Shown piece after piece: positions 17,001 through 25,706 of a stretch of 43,303 bases of DNA. The stretch's first letter is position 1. Each line of letters starts with the position of its first letter. The stretch is taken from the IMG/VR virus record IMGVR_UViG_3300025635_000039, positions 1 to 43,303 of that record. One strand, 5' to 3'. The position numbers and the translations under genes were made by a program. This stretch comes from a virus (lineage: Duplodnaviria; Caudoviricetes). The notes below the pieces were generated by a model. The model saw only the letters and a list, made by a program, of their open reading frames with translations, searched no databases and was not told the DNA's origin.

Positions 17001-17791
17001 AACGTGTTCTCCTGATCGACGCGGACATCCTCGTGTATCAGGTGGCGACGAGTGCGGAGATCCCCACAGACTGGGGTGATGGTCTGTGGACCTTGCACTC
17101 CGAACTACCTGATGCGGTGGAACGTCTGGACCGACAGATCGAAGAACTGAAAGAGACGCTCAAGGCTGACGAGTTGGTCTTCGCGTTGACGACGATGGAG
17201 ACCAACTTCAGGAAGCTCATCTATCCACCCTACAAGGCACACCGCAAGGCAACCCGCAAGCCGCTTGTGTGGTTACCCCTGCGGGAGCACCTACATTCCA
17301 AGTATCGGGTATTCGAGCGGTCCCATCTTGAAGGGGACGACTGCCTGGGTATCCTGGCGACGAAGGTGGGACCGTTGTTCCCCGGCTGTCCAGTGTCAAC
17401 GAAACGGATCTTGGTGTCCATCGACAAGGACTTCAAGACGATCCCTTGCACGTACTACAACATGAAACACAAGGAGACCATCACGGTTTCCGAGAGCGAA
17501 GCCAACCTGTGGCACATGACACAGACGCTCACCGGGGACACGACGGACGGGTACCCGGGCTGTCCGGGGATTGGCCCGAAGAAGGCTGAGGCGATCCTCG
17601 CACCGACCACCATCATCAAGGATGTCACGGAGCAATCACGGCTGATGTGGAAGGCGGTTGCCGAGACGTACAAGAAGGCGGGCCTGAGTGAGGACGTGGC
17701 GTTGCAGCAAGCGCGATGCGCCAGGATCTTGCGGGCGTGCGATTATGATTTCAAGAAGAAGGAGCCGAAGCTATGGGAACCCCCAAGGTAA
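16997..17791 (+). CDS. 5'-3' exonuclease (T7 gp6-like)
   Basis: LIDADIL, NFRK..YKAHR, LEGDD, DKD, GDTTDGYPGCPGIG. Confidence 0.94.
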   Translation: MKRVLLIDADILVYQVATSAEIPTDWGDGLWTLHSELPDAVERLDRQIEELKETLKADELVFALTTMETNFRKLIYPPYKAHRKATRKPLVWLPLREHLHSKYRVFERSHLEGDDCLGILATKVGPLFPGCPVSTKRILVSIDKDFKTIPCTYYNMKHKETITVSESEANLWHMTQTLTGDTTDGYPGCPGIGPKKAEAILAPTTIIKDVTEQSRLMWKAVAETYKKAGLSEDVALQQARCARILRACDYDFKKKEPKLWEPPR

Positions 17792-18303
17792 AGGAAGGGG
17801 ATCGGGTCAGACGAATTACGTGTGGCAATGGGAGTCACAAGATCCATATACAGGTTGGGATGATCGGGACTGTGCGTTCGGTTAATCCTAGTGGAACCTC
17901 CGCTAGAGTTGAGTGGGACGGTTTCCACGATCCCGACCAAGTGGTGGCTAACGACACCCAGTATTTGGAAGTCATTGGCAGAGAGGGTTCCCTTGATACA
18001 CGACACCCGTCAAGTCAACGCTTCCACGATCTCCTGAAACAACTCGGGGATCTCCACGACAAGAAAATGGCGGACTATGGCCGGAAGGACGATCCGTTCG
18101 CCAACGTCAGGGGGAGTCAGGAGTGGGGCATTCCACCGTGGGTGGGGGCAATGGTCCGAGGGAACGACAAGGTTAAGCGACTTCAGAAGTTCGCCGCAGA
18201 GGGGAACCTCGCGAATGAACCTGTGGAAGATGCCTTCCTTGACCTCGCGGGGTATGCCTTGATTGGCCTGGTGTTATACCGGGAAGAACAGAATAAGAAG
18301 TAG
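17773..18303 (+). CDS. DUF1599/Nmad1-like all-alpha nucleotide pyrophosphatase-type protein with N-terminal SH3-like domain
   Basis: KKMADYG..DPFAN, DKVKRL, EPVEDAFLDLAGYA. Confidence 0.65.
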   Translation: MGTPKVKEGDRVRRITCGNGSHKIHIQVGMIGTVRSVNPSGTSARVEWDGFHDPDQVVANDTQYLEVIGREGSLDTRHPSSQRFHDLLKQLGDLHDKKMADYGRKDDPFANVRGSQEWGIPPWVGAMVRGNDKVKRLQKFAAEGNLANEPVEDAFLDLAGYALIGLVLYREEQNKK

Positions 18304-18386
18304 CGCGGAAGTACCAGTGAGACGGTGGGGCGTTTCCCCGGCCAATGGGCACATAGGGCCAGGCCAGTAAGGGGTCTACTGGGAAC

Positions 18387-18438
18387 AAAATAGAGGGAGA
18401 GTTTATGGCTTCGGCCATAGGCTTTCCCTCTATTTTTT
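18387..18438 (+). terminator. Strong, potentially bidirectional terminator ending the replication module
   Basis: AAAATAGAGGGAGAGTTTATGGC-TTCG-GCCATAGGCTTTCCCTCTATTTTTT with a C(UUCG)G loop. Confidence 0.85.
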
Positions 18439-18463
18439 CGTGCGTTTATGCAAGGTCCGTACC

Positions 18464-18486
18464 TATCAGTTGTACCTGTAGAGTTC
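18464..18486 (+). promoter_or_regulatory. Phage RNAP promoter P4 (late/structural)
   Basis: TATCAGTTGTACCTGTA-GAG; one core mismatch; at the head of the virion module. Confidence 0.65.
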
Positions 18487-18520
18487 GTACCAAACCGGGC
18501 CAACTACAGGAGACCATCAT

Positions 18521-18745
18521 GTGAGCACGAAGGAACCCATCATCCCCTTAGAGATCGTTGAGTTCGTCGAAGAGATGTTCCCCGATAAAGCGGGTGAGAA
18601 GAACGACTCCCATGATGATCGCGTCTGGAAGGCGGCACAGGCCCACGTCGGGCGATTCCTGCGGGATCGGTACACACGTCAAACCCAAAACTACGCTCGC
18701 ACTATTCTCGAAAGGTCACATAACGATGTGCATGTCCGCTCCTAG
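18521..18745 (+). CDS. Small conserved-position hypothetical protein
   Basis: AGGAG RBS; first late ORF. Confidence 0.65.
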   Translation: MSTKEPIIPLEIVEFVEEMFPDKAGEKNDSHDDRVWKAAQAHVGRFLRDRYTRQTQNYARTILERSHNDVHVRS

Positions 18746-18968
18746 TATGCCAGACACGAAACCGCTTGCAGTCGCTCCCCCACCCCCTCCGCCACCCGCA
18801 CCAGAAGCAACCGCGCAGGGCCTCACGGTGGGAAGTGACCGCAAGAGCAACCCCATTCAGCAGTTCTTCGCCCGAGCAATCGGTAGGAAGTACACCTCCT
18901 CTCTCACAGTCCCGTTACGTGGCTCTGATTCCAGTGCCGGTTCTTCAGGACTGAATCTCCCAGGATAA
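18726..18968 (+). CDS. Pro-rich virion protein (positional equivalent of T7 gp7.3)
   Basis: MC start, poly-Pro, C-terminal SLTVPL...SGLNLP; directly before portal. Confidence 0.7.
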   Translation: MCMSAPSMPDTKPLAVAPPPPPPPAPEATAQGLTVGSDRKSNPIQQFFARAIGRKYTSSLTVPLRGSDSSAGSSGLNLPG

Positions 18969-18976
18969 GGCGCAAC

Positions 18977-20536
18977 GTGGCAGACACAACTTACTCCGCA
19001 CCGCAAGCGGTCTCCGCTGAGACACGCTACAACTCCCTCACGTCAGTGCGTAATCCGTTCCTCAGGCGGGCTGAGGATTGTGCGGAACTCACACTCCCCA
19101 TGCTCTTACCCCGGCAGGGAACCACAGGGGCTTCGGAGATTCCGACCCCCTGGCAAAGCGTCGGTTCAACCGGCGTCAATAACCTCGGATCAAAACTGTT
19201 GATGGCCGTGCTTCCGCCAAACACACCGATGTTCCGCTTGGAGATGGATGAGATCGCTCTCGCCAAGTATCAAGTGGATGACGGGATGAAGACCCGGTTG
19301 GAGATGGGTCTCTCCAAGATGGAACGCGCCGTGATGAAGGACGTGGAAATGTCCGGTGATCGCGCCGGGGTGTTCGAGATGCTCCTCCATCTCCTGGTCA
19401 CCGGGAACATTCTGATCCACGTCAGCGACATGGGCTTCCGTGTGTATCGCCTCGACCATTTTGTGTGTCGGCGTGATCCCAGCGGAAACCCCCTCGAGAT
19501 CATCGCGCATGAAGCCATCGACCCGGTGGTACTTCCTGCGGAGATCCGTGAGTACGTTAAGCGGGACGTGAAGTACCACGAAGCGACAAGCGTGGATCTC
19601 TATACCCGCATTACCCGCACGGATACCAAGTGGGTTGTCACGCAGGAAGTCTGCGGGCAGACCGTCCCCGGTGTGGGTGGGGCGTATCCCCTCGATAAAT
19701 GCCCCTGGTTGCCCCTGCGGTTTATCCGCGTGGATGGGCAGGATTATGGGCGCGGTTATGTTGAGACGGTGCTGGGTGATCTCCGGTCCCTCGAAGACCT
19801 GTCCCAGGCGTTGGCCGAGGGTGCGCGAGCAGCCGCCAAGCTGTTGTTCATGTGCAACCCAAACGGGACCACGAAGCCGGAAGATCTCGCCAAAGCCGCG
19901 AACGGGGATTTCGTCAACGGCATCAAGGATGAAGTCACGGCTCTACAGGTGGAGAAATACCACGATTTCCGCGTGGCCTTTGAACAGGCCCAGGTCATCT
20001 CCAACCGCCTCTCCTATGCGTTCCTCCTCCACACCGCAGTACAACGGGATGCCGAGCGGGTTACCGCTGAAGAGATCCGGTACATGGCCCAGGAACTTGA
20101 GACGACGCTGGGTGGGTTCTACACCCTGATCTCCCAGGAGTTTCAACTGCCGTATATCCGTCTGAAGATGACGCGGATGCAACGGCAGAACAAACTCCCG
20201 CAGCTTCCGAAGGGTCTCGTGAAGCCCACGATCATCACTGGCATTGAAGCCATCGGGCGTGGGAACGACCGGAACAAACTCGTGCAGTACGGACAAACCT
20301 TGACTGCGGTGTACGGGCCTGAAGCTGTGGCACGTCGGTTGAACTTCCAAGAGTTCTCAGATCGCCTCGCCACCTCAGACGGCATTGACACGAAGAATCT
20401 CGTGGTGTCCGACGAGCAGATCGCAGAACAGGATAAGCAAGCTCAGATGCAATCGATGATCGAGAAACTCGGGCCACACGTCATCAACACAGGCGGGAAA
20501 CTCGCCACTCAATCACAAGGACAAGCGACAAAATGA
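18977..20536 (+). CDS. Head-tail connector / portal (T7 gp8-like)
   Basis: WQSVGSTGVNNL, YGRGYVE, RDAERVTAEEIR, TGIEAIGRG. Confidence 0.96.
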   Translation: MADTTYSAPQAVSAETRYNSLTSVRNPFLRRAEDCAELTLPMLLPRQGTTGASEIPTPWQSVGSTGVNNLGSKLLMAVLPPNTPMFRLEMDEIALAKYQVDDGMKTRLEMGLSKMERAVMKDVEMSGDRAGVFEMLLHLLVTGNILIHVSDMGFRVYRLDHFVCRRDPSGNPLEIIAHEAIDPVVLPAEIREYVKRDVKYHEATSVDLYTRITRTDTKWVVTQEVCGQTVPGVGGAYPLDKCPWLPLRFIRVDGQDYGRGYVETVLGDLRSLEDLSQALAEGARAAAKLLFMCNPNGTTKPEDLAKAANGDFVNGIKDEVTALQVEKYHDFRVAFEQAQVISNRLSYAFLLHTAVQRDAERVTAEEIRYMAQELETTLGGFYTLISQEFQLPYIRLKMTRMQRQNKLPQLPKGLVKPTIITGIEAIGRGNDRNKLVQYGQTLTAVYGPEAVARRLNFQEFSDRLATSDGIDTKNLVVSDEQIAEQDKQAQMQSMIEKLGPHVINTGGKLATQSQGQATK

Positions 20537-21765
20537 TCATGCGGAAATTACTGGCGCACCTGAGTCTTGCGCTGTGCCTCCTGACTCCACCCGCGTTTGC
20601 GGCTGAAGAGGCTATCGGCCCGGTCACCTTGCAGAATGCCGCCACAGGCACGGCCAATGGCACGTACCTCGATGTATCCACGTACAGCACCGTCACAGTG
20701 AAGCCGACGATTTCCGCGACGGCGACGGTGACGTTTGAAGGTACTCTCTCAACCACCGATACCGGGTGGGTGGCGAAGACCTGCGTGAGTACGGCCGATA
20801 CGGGTGGGTCACTCACCACGACTGCAACAGCCACCGGGCAGTATCAATGCAATGTGGCCGGTCTCACCCAGTTCCGGGCGAGGGTCTCCTCGTATGGGAG
20901 CGGGACCATCACCGTAACAGCCAAAGCTACCACAGCGTCTATCGGCGGTGGGGGCGGTGGGGGCGGCGGGGGCGGTGGGGCTGTTACAAACGCGGGTGTG
21001 TTCGCCGTTCAGGTGGACGGTTCAGCCCTGACCGCGTTGCAGCTTATCGATAACCTCCCGAACACCATTGGTTCAACCACGAGTGGTCAGTCCGGTATTC
21101 TCGGTCTTTGCGCCGTCACCACTTCCGCCCCTACGTACACGACAGCGCAGAGCCATCCATGCTCACTCACGACAGGCGGGGCGCTACGTGTTGACGTAAC
21201 AAACGGTTCCGGTACGGTGACAGAAGACGGGGATATTCCCGCGTCAACCGCGAGTGTTGCACAGACGGCAAGTGTCGAATACTGTGCCACCGTCGCGCAT
21301 GGGAGCAATCCGACTGCGGTAGCGGCGGCTGGCCGTGCCGGCAATAAGTGCAACCGCGCCGGTATCCCGTTCGTCATCGGCGGGCATCCGAACATTGTCC
21401 ACGACACCTTTACGGTAGCGGCAGCGGATGGTGCCCGTAGTGACATTAGCCTCACCGGCACTATCGGCACAGGTACCAAAGTCGTTGTTACGGAGTTCTC
21501 TGCAAAGGTCAGCCCGAACAACTCCGCAGCGGTCACTTTCAGAGCAGGCTGCGGGGCCACCAGCACCCCCAGCGCGTCCCTCACCGGGGCGAGTCTTTTG
21601 ACGGACGCCACGTACCCGGCATCGTCCTATGCGGGAGAACACTTCGGGGACGGATCAGCCATTGTGAAGGTTTGCGGTGATGGTGAAGAGGTGCGCTACA
21701 CTTCGAGTGCCGCCACAGGTGGCTACCTGTACATCACCATCTCCTATTTCACTATTGAATCATAA
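20533..21765 (+). CDS. Signal-peptide-bearing Thr/Gly-rich beta protein with Gly12 hinge
   Basis: MIMRKLLAHLSLALCLLTPPAFA|A signal; 8 Cys in the mature part; ATGA overlap with the portal stop. Confidence 0.8.
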   Translation: MIMRKLLAHLSLALCLLTPPAFAAEEAIGPVTLQNAATGTANGTYLDVSTYSTVTVKPTISATATVTFEGTLSTTDTGWVAKTCVSTADTGGSLTTTATATGQYQCNVAGLTQFRARVSSYGSGTITVTAKATTASIGGGGGGGGGGGGAVTNAGVFAVQVDGSALTALQLIDNLPNTIGSTTSGQSGILGLCAVTTSAPTYTTAQSHPCSLTTGGALRVDVTNGSGTVTEDGDIPASTASVAQTASVEYCATVAHGSNPTAVAAAGRAGNKCNRAGIPFVIGGHPNIVHDTFTVAAADGARSDISLTGTIGTGTKVVVTEFSAKVSPNNSAAVTFRAGCGATSTPSASLTGASLLTDATYPASSYAGEHFGDGSAIVKVCGDGEEVRYTSSAATGGYLYITISYFTIES

Positions 21766-21775
21766 GGGACACTGA

Positions 21776-22963
21776 ATGAATCGCTTGAAACGATTAGCCT
21801 CACTGGCGCTTGGTGCGTTGATGTTGGCCGCGCCTATTGTGGGGCTGGCCGCGTCAGCCAACAGACAGATCTTCTACGAAGACCCTTGGTATAACCTCGG
21901 ATCAGCCGCCGCGTTCGGCACAACCTGTTCGATTGATTCAGCCAACGCACGTTGCGCTGTGATCTTTCAGGCGACTTCCACGGATGCCATCACACACGTT
22001 ACAACCTGTTCGGCATCGGCTACTGCATTGGGTGGGAACATTGCTCAGGTGTCAGTGCAGGGCGTGGATGGTTCCGGGTTTCCTGATGGGGCCATCCTCA
22101 ATAGTGGAACCGCCAAGCTCAACCTGATCCCCGATACCGCATGGACGACAGGTTCGGCAGACTGTACCGAACATGCTTTGGCAGCGGATACCGGGTCGTT
22201 GACCATTGGTACCTTTATTGCGATTGTCGTGGAAGCGGCCCCAGGTGGCACGACACCTGACGCCTCAAATAAGGTTGTTCTCAATCTTATCTCCAATATG
22301 CAGGCATCGGGCACGAACCGATACGCCATGATTGACACCAATGCTACCTGGGCATCGGCGGACAAGCAGGCGGCTATGCCGGTGTTTGGTGCGCGGGCCT
22401 CCACGACAACGTATTACGGCAGGCCCATCACCGCATTCTCCGCCACGACGCTCTCCACGACCGTTGAAGCAGGCGGGATGTTCACGACGGATGCTTCGTG
22501 GGGAAGCACCATGCGGTTGAGTGGGGTGCGCTTTATCGGTCTCGGGCCTACCGCTAGTAATACCCTCACGGTATCTGCGTACTCAGGGTGTACCGACACA
22601 AGTCCAAGTCAGCTTACGACCATCACTATCGATGCTGATATGGTAAGTGCGGTTGCCAGTAACCGGACGCTGTTCGAGGTGATCTTCTCAACCCCCATCG
22701 ATCTCACAATGGGGACAACCTACTGTGTCGCTGTGTATGCTTCGGGGGGTTCCCCGACGTTGATCTATATTGACTACAAGACCAACGCCGGTATGAGCGC
22801 GAAGTATGGGGCAGCGGGTATGACCTATGTAACCCGCAACCCATCGGGAGGGACCAATGCCTTTACAGAAACCTCCACGCGACTCCCGAGGATCAGCCTC
22901 ATTATCACAGACATTACAGAGCCAGCTACAACGGGCGGGCATCCGGGGATTATCGGTGGTTAA
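21776..22963 (+). CDS. Signal-peptide-bearing beta-sandwich-like protein
   Basis: MNRLKRLASLALGALMLAAPIVGLA|A signal; 6 Cys; Thr/Ser/Ala-rich. Confidence 0.8.
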   Translation: MNRLKRLASLALGALMLAAPIVGLAASANRQIFYEDPWYNLGSAAAFGTTCSIDSANARCAVIFQATSTDAITHVTTCSASATALGGNIAQVSVQGVDGSGFPDGAILNSGTAKLNLIPDTAWTTGSADCTEHALAADTGSLTIGTFIAIVVEAAPGGTTPDASNKVVLNLISNMQASGTNRYAMIDTNATWASADKQAAMPVFGARASTTTYYGRPITAFSATTLSTTVEAGGMFTTDASWGSTMRLSGVRFIGLGPTASNTLTVSAYSGCTDTSPSQLTTITIDADMVSAVASNRTLFEVIFSTPIDLTMGTTYCVAVYASGGSPTLIYIDYKTNAGMSAKYGAAGMTYVTRNPSGGTNAFTETSTRLPRISLIITDITEPATTGGHPGIIGG

Positions 22964-23897
22964 TATCATTGCGTTCCTCCTCATTCTCCTGTTCCCGTAT
23001 CTGGCTCATGCTGATCTCACCTCATGGGAGCTTGACGCCACACACGCCAGCGCCACCACACCGTATGGGTGGGGGCAGGTTGGGCCTACGATAGGTGGGA
23101 GTCAGCCTAGCACCCGTATGACGATTGGGGATGCTGGCCTGACGGCCTGGGTCTCCGGGCAAACACATGTATTCGCCGCGAAGTGCGCCGCTTCCGATGC
23201 TACACCGGCAACTGACGCCTCCTGTAGCGGACGGATTTATCCGTACTATGGCGGCACCACGTATCAGACCCACGACCTGTATTTCCAGTTCCTATTTTAC
23301 TTGCCATCGGCCTCGTTACAGGTCAGCACGAACTACTCCTATGCGGAGAAGTTTGCGTGGGCGCAGTCAGCGTCAGGTGGTGAAGTACCGAACGCGGGGC
23401 AATCGTGCTGGGTGATGTTATCAAACCAGACTTTGACCTCGCGCCCATACTCGTACAACACAAATTTTGCGATCTACGCCAACCCCCGCGCCACCGATCA
23501 GGTGTACCGCACGAAGATTGCAAACGTAACGGCAGACACCCCACATCTACTCACAGTACATTGCAATCAAGTAGATGGTGGTGATGACCTGATGGAAGTG
23601 TGGTACGACACTGATCCTACAACTGCGTCACCTGATGTGTCCGTGACAGGCTCGTTCTTCAGCACAAGCACGTCAACGTACTGGACGAACATTCAGATCA
23701 GTTCAAATTGGATCGGTTGGTGCGACGATATTACCGGGACGGATTGCCGTCCGATGGGCGATCCCGAGCGGCCTGCTTCGGTGTTTTATATCGATTACTT
23801 CGGGGCGTACAACACAAAGCCGGGTGACCGGATGAATTTCCTTACACCCTACGCTCCGGCCTATCGCGGGCGCTTCGGTACTTTATTCCCTAGATAA
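22956..23897 (+). CDS. Signal-peptide-bearing protein, possible ConA/LamG- or polysaccharide-lyase-like fold
   Basis: GTG 22956 gives MVNIIAFLLILLFPYLAHA|D; aromatic-rich strands DLYFQFLFYLP, MEVWYD, FYIDYF; 6 Cys. Confidence 0.72.
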   Translation: MVNIIAFLLILLFPYLAHADLTSWELDATHASATTPYGWGQVGPTIGGSQPSTRMTIGDAGLTAWVSGQTHVFAAKCAASDATPATDASCSGRIYPYYGGTTYQTHDLYFQFLFYLPSASLQVSTNYSYAEKFAWAQSASGGEVPNAGQSCWVMLSNQTLTSRPYSYNTNFAIYANPRATDQVYRTKIANVTADTPHLLTVHCNQVDGGDDLMEVWYDTDPTTASPDVSVTGSFFSTSTSTYWTNIQISSNWIGWCDDITGTDCRPMGDPERPASVFYIDYFGAYNTKPGDRMNFLTPYAPAYRGRFGTLFPR

Positions 23898-23907
23898 TGG
23901 AGGTGCT

Positions 23908-24165
23908 GTGAAACGAACGGTATTGGGCGTGATCCTATCGATCCTGATGGTATCGGCAGTGCAGGCAGAGCAAGCGCCCCGCTGCGTTGTTGAGGATACC
24001 AACCTGCAAATGGTTGAGCGGGATCGCAAGGCCCTTGAGAGGAAGGCGGCGATGATGGCTGCGTTAATGCAGGAAGCCGACGCCCGCCTTCTTGAAATGG
24101 CAGCGGAGCTAAAGACCCTGAAGAAAGATCAGGCCGCTCAGAAAGAATCAAAGAAGGATGAGTAA
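23908..24165 (+). CDS. Signal-peptide-bearing coiled-coil protein
   Basis: GGAGG RBS; MKRTVLGVILSILMVSAVQA|E followed by a long helical segment. Confidence 0.75.
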   Translation: MKRTVLGVILSILMVSAVQAEQAPRCVVEDTNLQMVERDRKALERKAAMMAALMQEADARLLEMAAELKTLKKDQAAQKESKKDE

Positions 24166-24319
24166 GAAGTCTAACGTGGCATCTGAAGTGGCATCTGAAG
24201 TGGCATCTGAAGTGGCATCTGAAGTGGCATCTGAAGTGGCACCCGCAGTTGAAACCCCCGCATTACCTGGCGGGAAAGTCATTATGATGGTCAACGGAAC
24301 CAAGAGAGAGGATCACTGA
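24158..24319 (+). CDS. 53-aa protein with (VASE)5 repeat, ending GTKREDH
   Basis: Translated by hand; overlaps the upstream stop; the tandem repeat is in frame. Confidence 0.65.
   Translation: MSKKSNVASEVASEVASEVASEVASEVAPAVETPALPGGKVIMMVNGTKREDH
24176..24241. repeat. Perfect 12-bp tandem repeat (GTGGCATCTGAA) x5.5
   Basis: Read directly from the sequence. Confidence 0.95.
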
Positions 24320-24324
24320 TTGCG

Positions 24325-24732
24325 ATGAAGACCTACCGCCCGATTCCCCGAGGGAGTGTGAAGAACTCCCTGTACCTTGAAATGCAGGATTCCACGACTG
24401 GTCTCCCGAAGACCGGCTTTGCCTATAACACGGCGGGCATCAAGTTCTATTACACGAAAAAGCGTGTCGCTGCCGTCGCCGTGACTCCCGCAACCCTCGC
24501 CGCCGTGACAACCGCCTGGACCTCAGGTGGTGTGAAGGAGATCGATGCGACCAATGCAGCGGGTCTCGTTCGCTTCGACATTCCCGATGCGGCCTTCACT
24601 GATGATGGGGTCTCCGATGAGGTGATCATCTCCGTGGTCGCGACAGGGTATGCCCCGGTGAACGTGCGGGTGCCACTGACTGACAAGCAGGATGTGTGGG
24701 TCAGCCCTGGGACGACTCGCGCTAACAGCTAA
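24325..24732 (+). CDS. Cytoplasmic beta-rich phage structural-type protein (135 aa)
   Basis: GAGG RBS; no signal peptide and no Cys; DSTTG...EIDATNAAGLVRFDIPDAA. Confidence 0.7.
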   Translation: MKTYRPIPRGSVKNSLYLEMQDSTTGLPKTGFAYNTAGIKFYYTKKRVAAVAVTPATLAAVTTAWTSGGVKEIDATNAAGLVRFDIPDAAFTDDGVSDEVIISVVATGYAPVNVRVPLTDKQDVWVSPGTTRANS

Positions 24733-24852
24733 TCAATCCGTACAAGCCATTCGGTGCGGTGCAGGCCGTGAGAGTAAGTCCTGCTTAAACCCGTTAGAGA
24801 ACGGGGACGCACCCCGGCTGTTTCTATTATCAACCATGTGTGGAGGATGTGA

Positions 24853-25704
24853 GTGAGTGGAGTAATGCGAGTGCAGATCAACGCGGACGAGACGGGACCA
24901 GAAGCCCCGGTCGTACAACCGCCGCAGGAAACGCCGAAGCAACCCGACGAAGCGCCCCAAGAGATCCCGGCGTGGGTACCGGCGAAGTTCGTGAAGGACG
25001 GTGTGGCGGATTATGAATCCCTCGCCAAGTCCTACACCGAGCTTGAAAAGAAGAACAGCCAGCCGAAGGTGGAGCAGCCAAAGCCCGACGAGAAACCTGG
25101 GGCTGCGGATGTAAAGCCCGACGAGAAGCCAAAGGTTGATGAGAAGGCTGGTGAACAGCCGGCGCAGTCCCCGATCCCCGGCGTGACCGTGGAGCAGACC
25201 CAGCAATACACCAAGGAGCTTCAGGAAACCGGGAAACTCTCGGACGACTCCTACGCAGCCCTGGCGAAAGCCGGGTACACCCGTCAGGCGGTCGATACGT
25301 ACATTGCCGGGGCGCAGCGGGCGCAGGCCGAGCAGTCCGCCATGCAGCAGGCTCAGGTGGCTGAGGTCAAGGGTCTGGCAGGTGGTGACCAGGGCTACAA
25401 AGCCATGTCGGACTGGATGCAGACCAACCTCTCCGCCGAAGATCTCACCGCGTACAACGAGGCGGTCGGGAGTGGAAAGCTTAGTATCGTGAAGCTGGCG
25501 GTGAAGGACATGCACGCCCGCTACACCGAGGCAGTCGGGAGTGAGCCAAAGTTACTCGGTGGATCAAGCGGCGGGGACCAACCGACAGGCGGTATCTTCC
25601 GGTCGTTCGCTGAGGTCACCGAGGCAATGGCTAACCCCAAGTATTCACAAGATCCCGCCTATCGCAAGGATATCGAGGATCGCTTACGGAGATCGAAAAT
25701 CTAG
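24853..25704 (+). CDS. Capsid assembly scaffolding protein (T7 gp9-like)
   Basis: WVPAKF...LAKSYTELEKK, GKLSDDSYAAL, AGGDQGY, FRSFAEVTEAM..PKY..DPAYR. Confidence 0.92.
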   Translation: MSGVMRVQINADETGPEAPVVQPPQETPKQPDEAPQEIPAWVPAKFVKDGVADYESLAKSYTELEKKNSQPKVEQPKPDEKPGAADVKPDEKPKVDEKAGEQPAQSPIPGVTVEQTQQYTKELQETGKLSDDSYAALAKAGYTRQAVDTYIAGAQRAQAEQSAMQQAQVAEVKGLAGGDQGYKAMSDWMQTNLSAEDLTAYNEAVGSGKLSIVKLAVKDMHARYTEAVGSEPKLLGGSSGGDQPTGGIFRSFAEVTEAMANPKYSQDPAYRKDIEDRLRRSKI

Positions 25705-25706
25705 CG

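Noticed and set aside
24176-24241. CRISPR-like array
   Set aside because: Contiguous 12-bp units with no spacers, in frame within a small ORF; no cas genes
24728-24790. Twister ribozyme (TAA, TACAAG and GAGTA words present)
   Set aside because: The P1, P4 and second-pseudoknot pairings cannot be built with the required spacing; an alternative three-way junction pairs better
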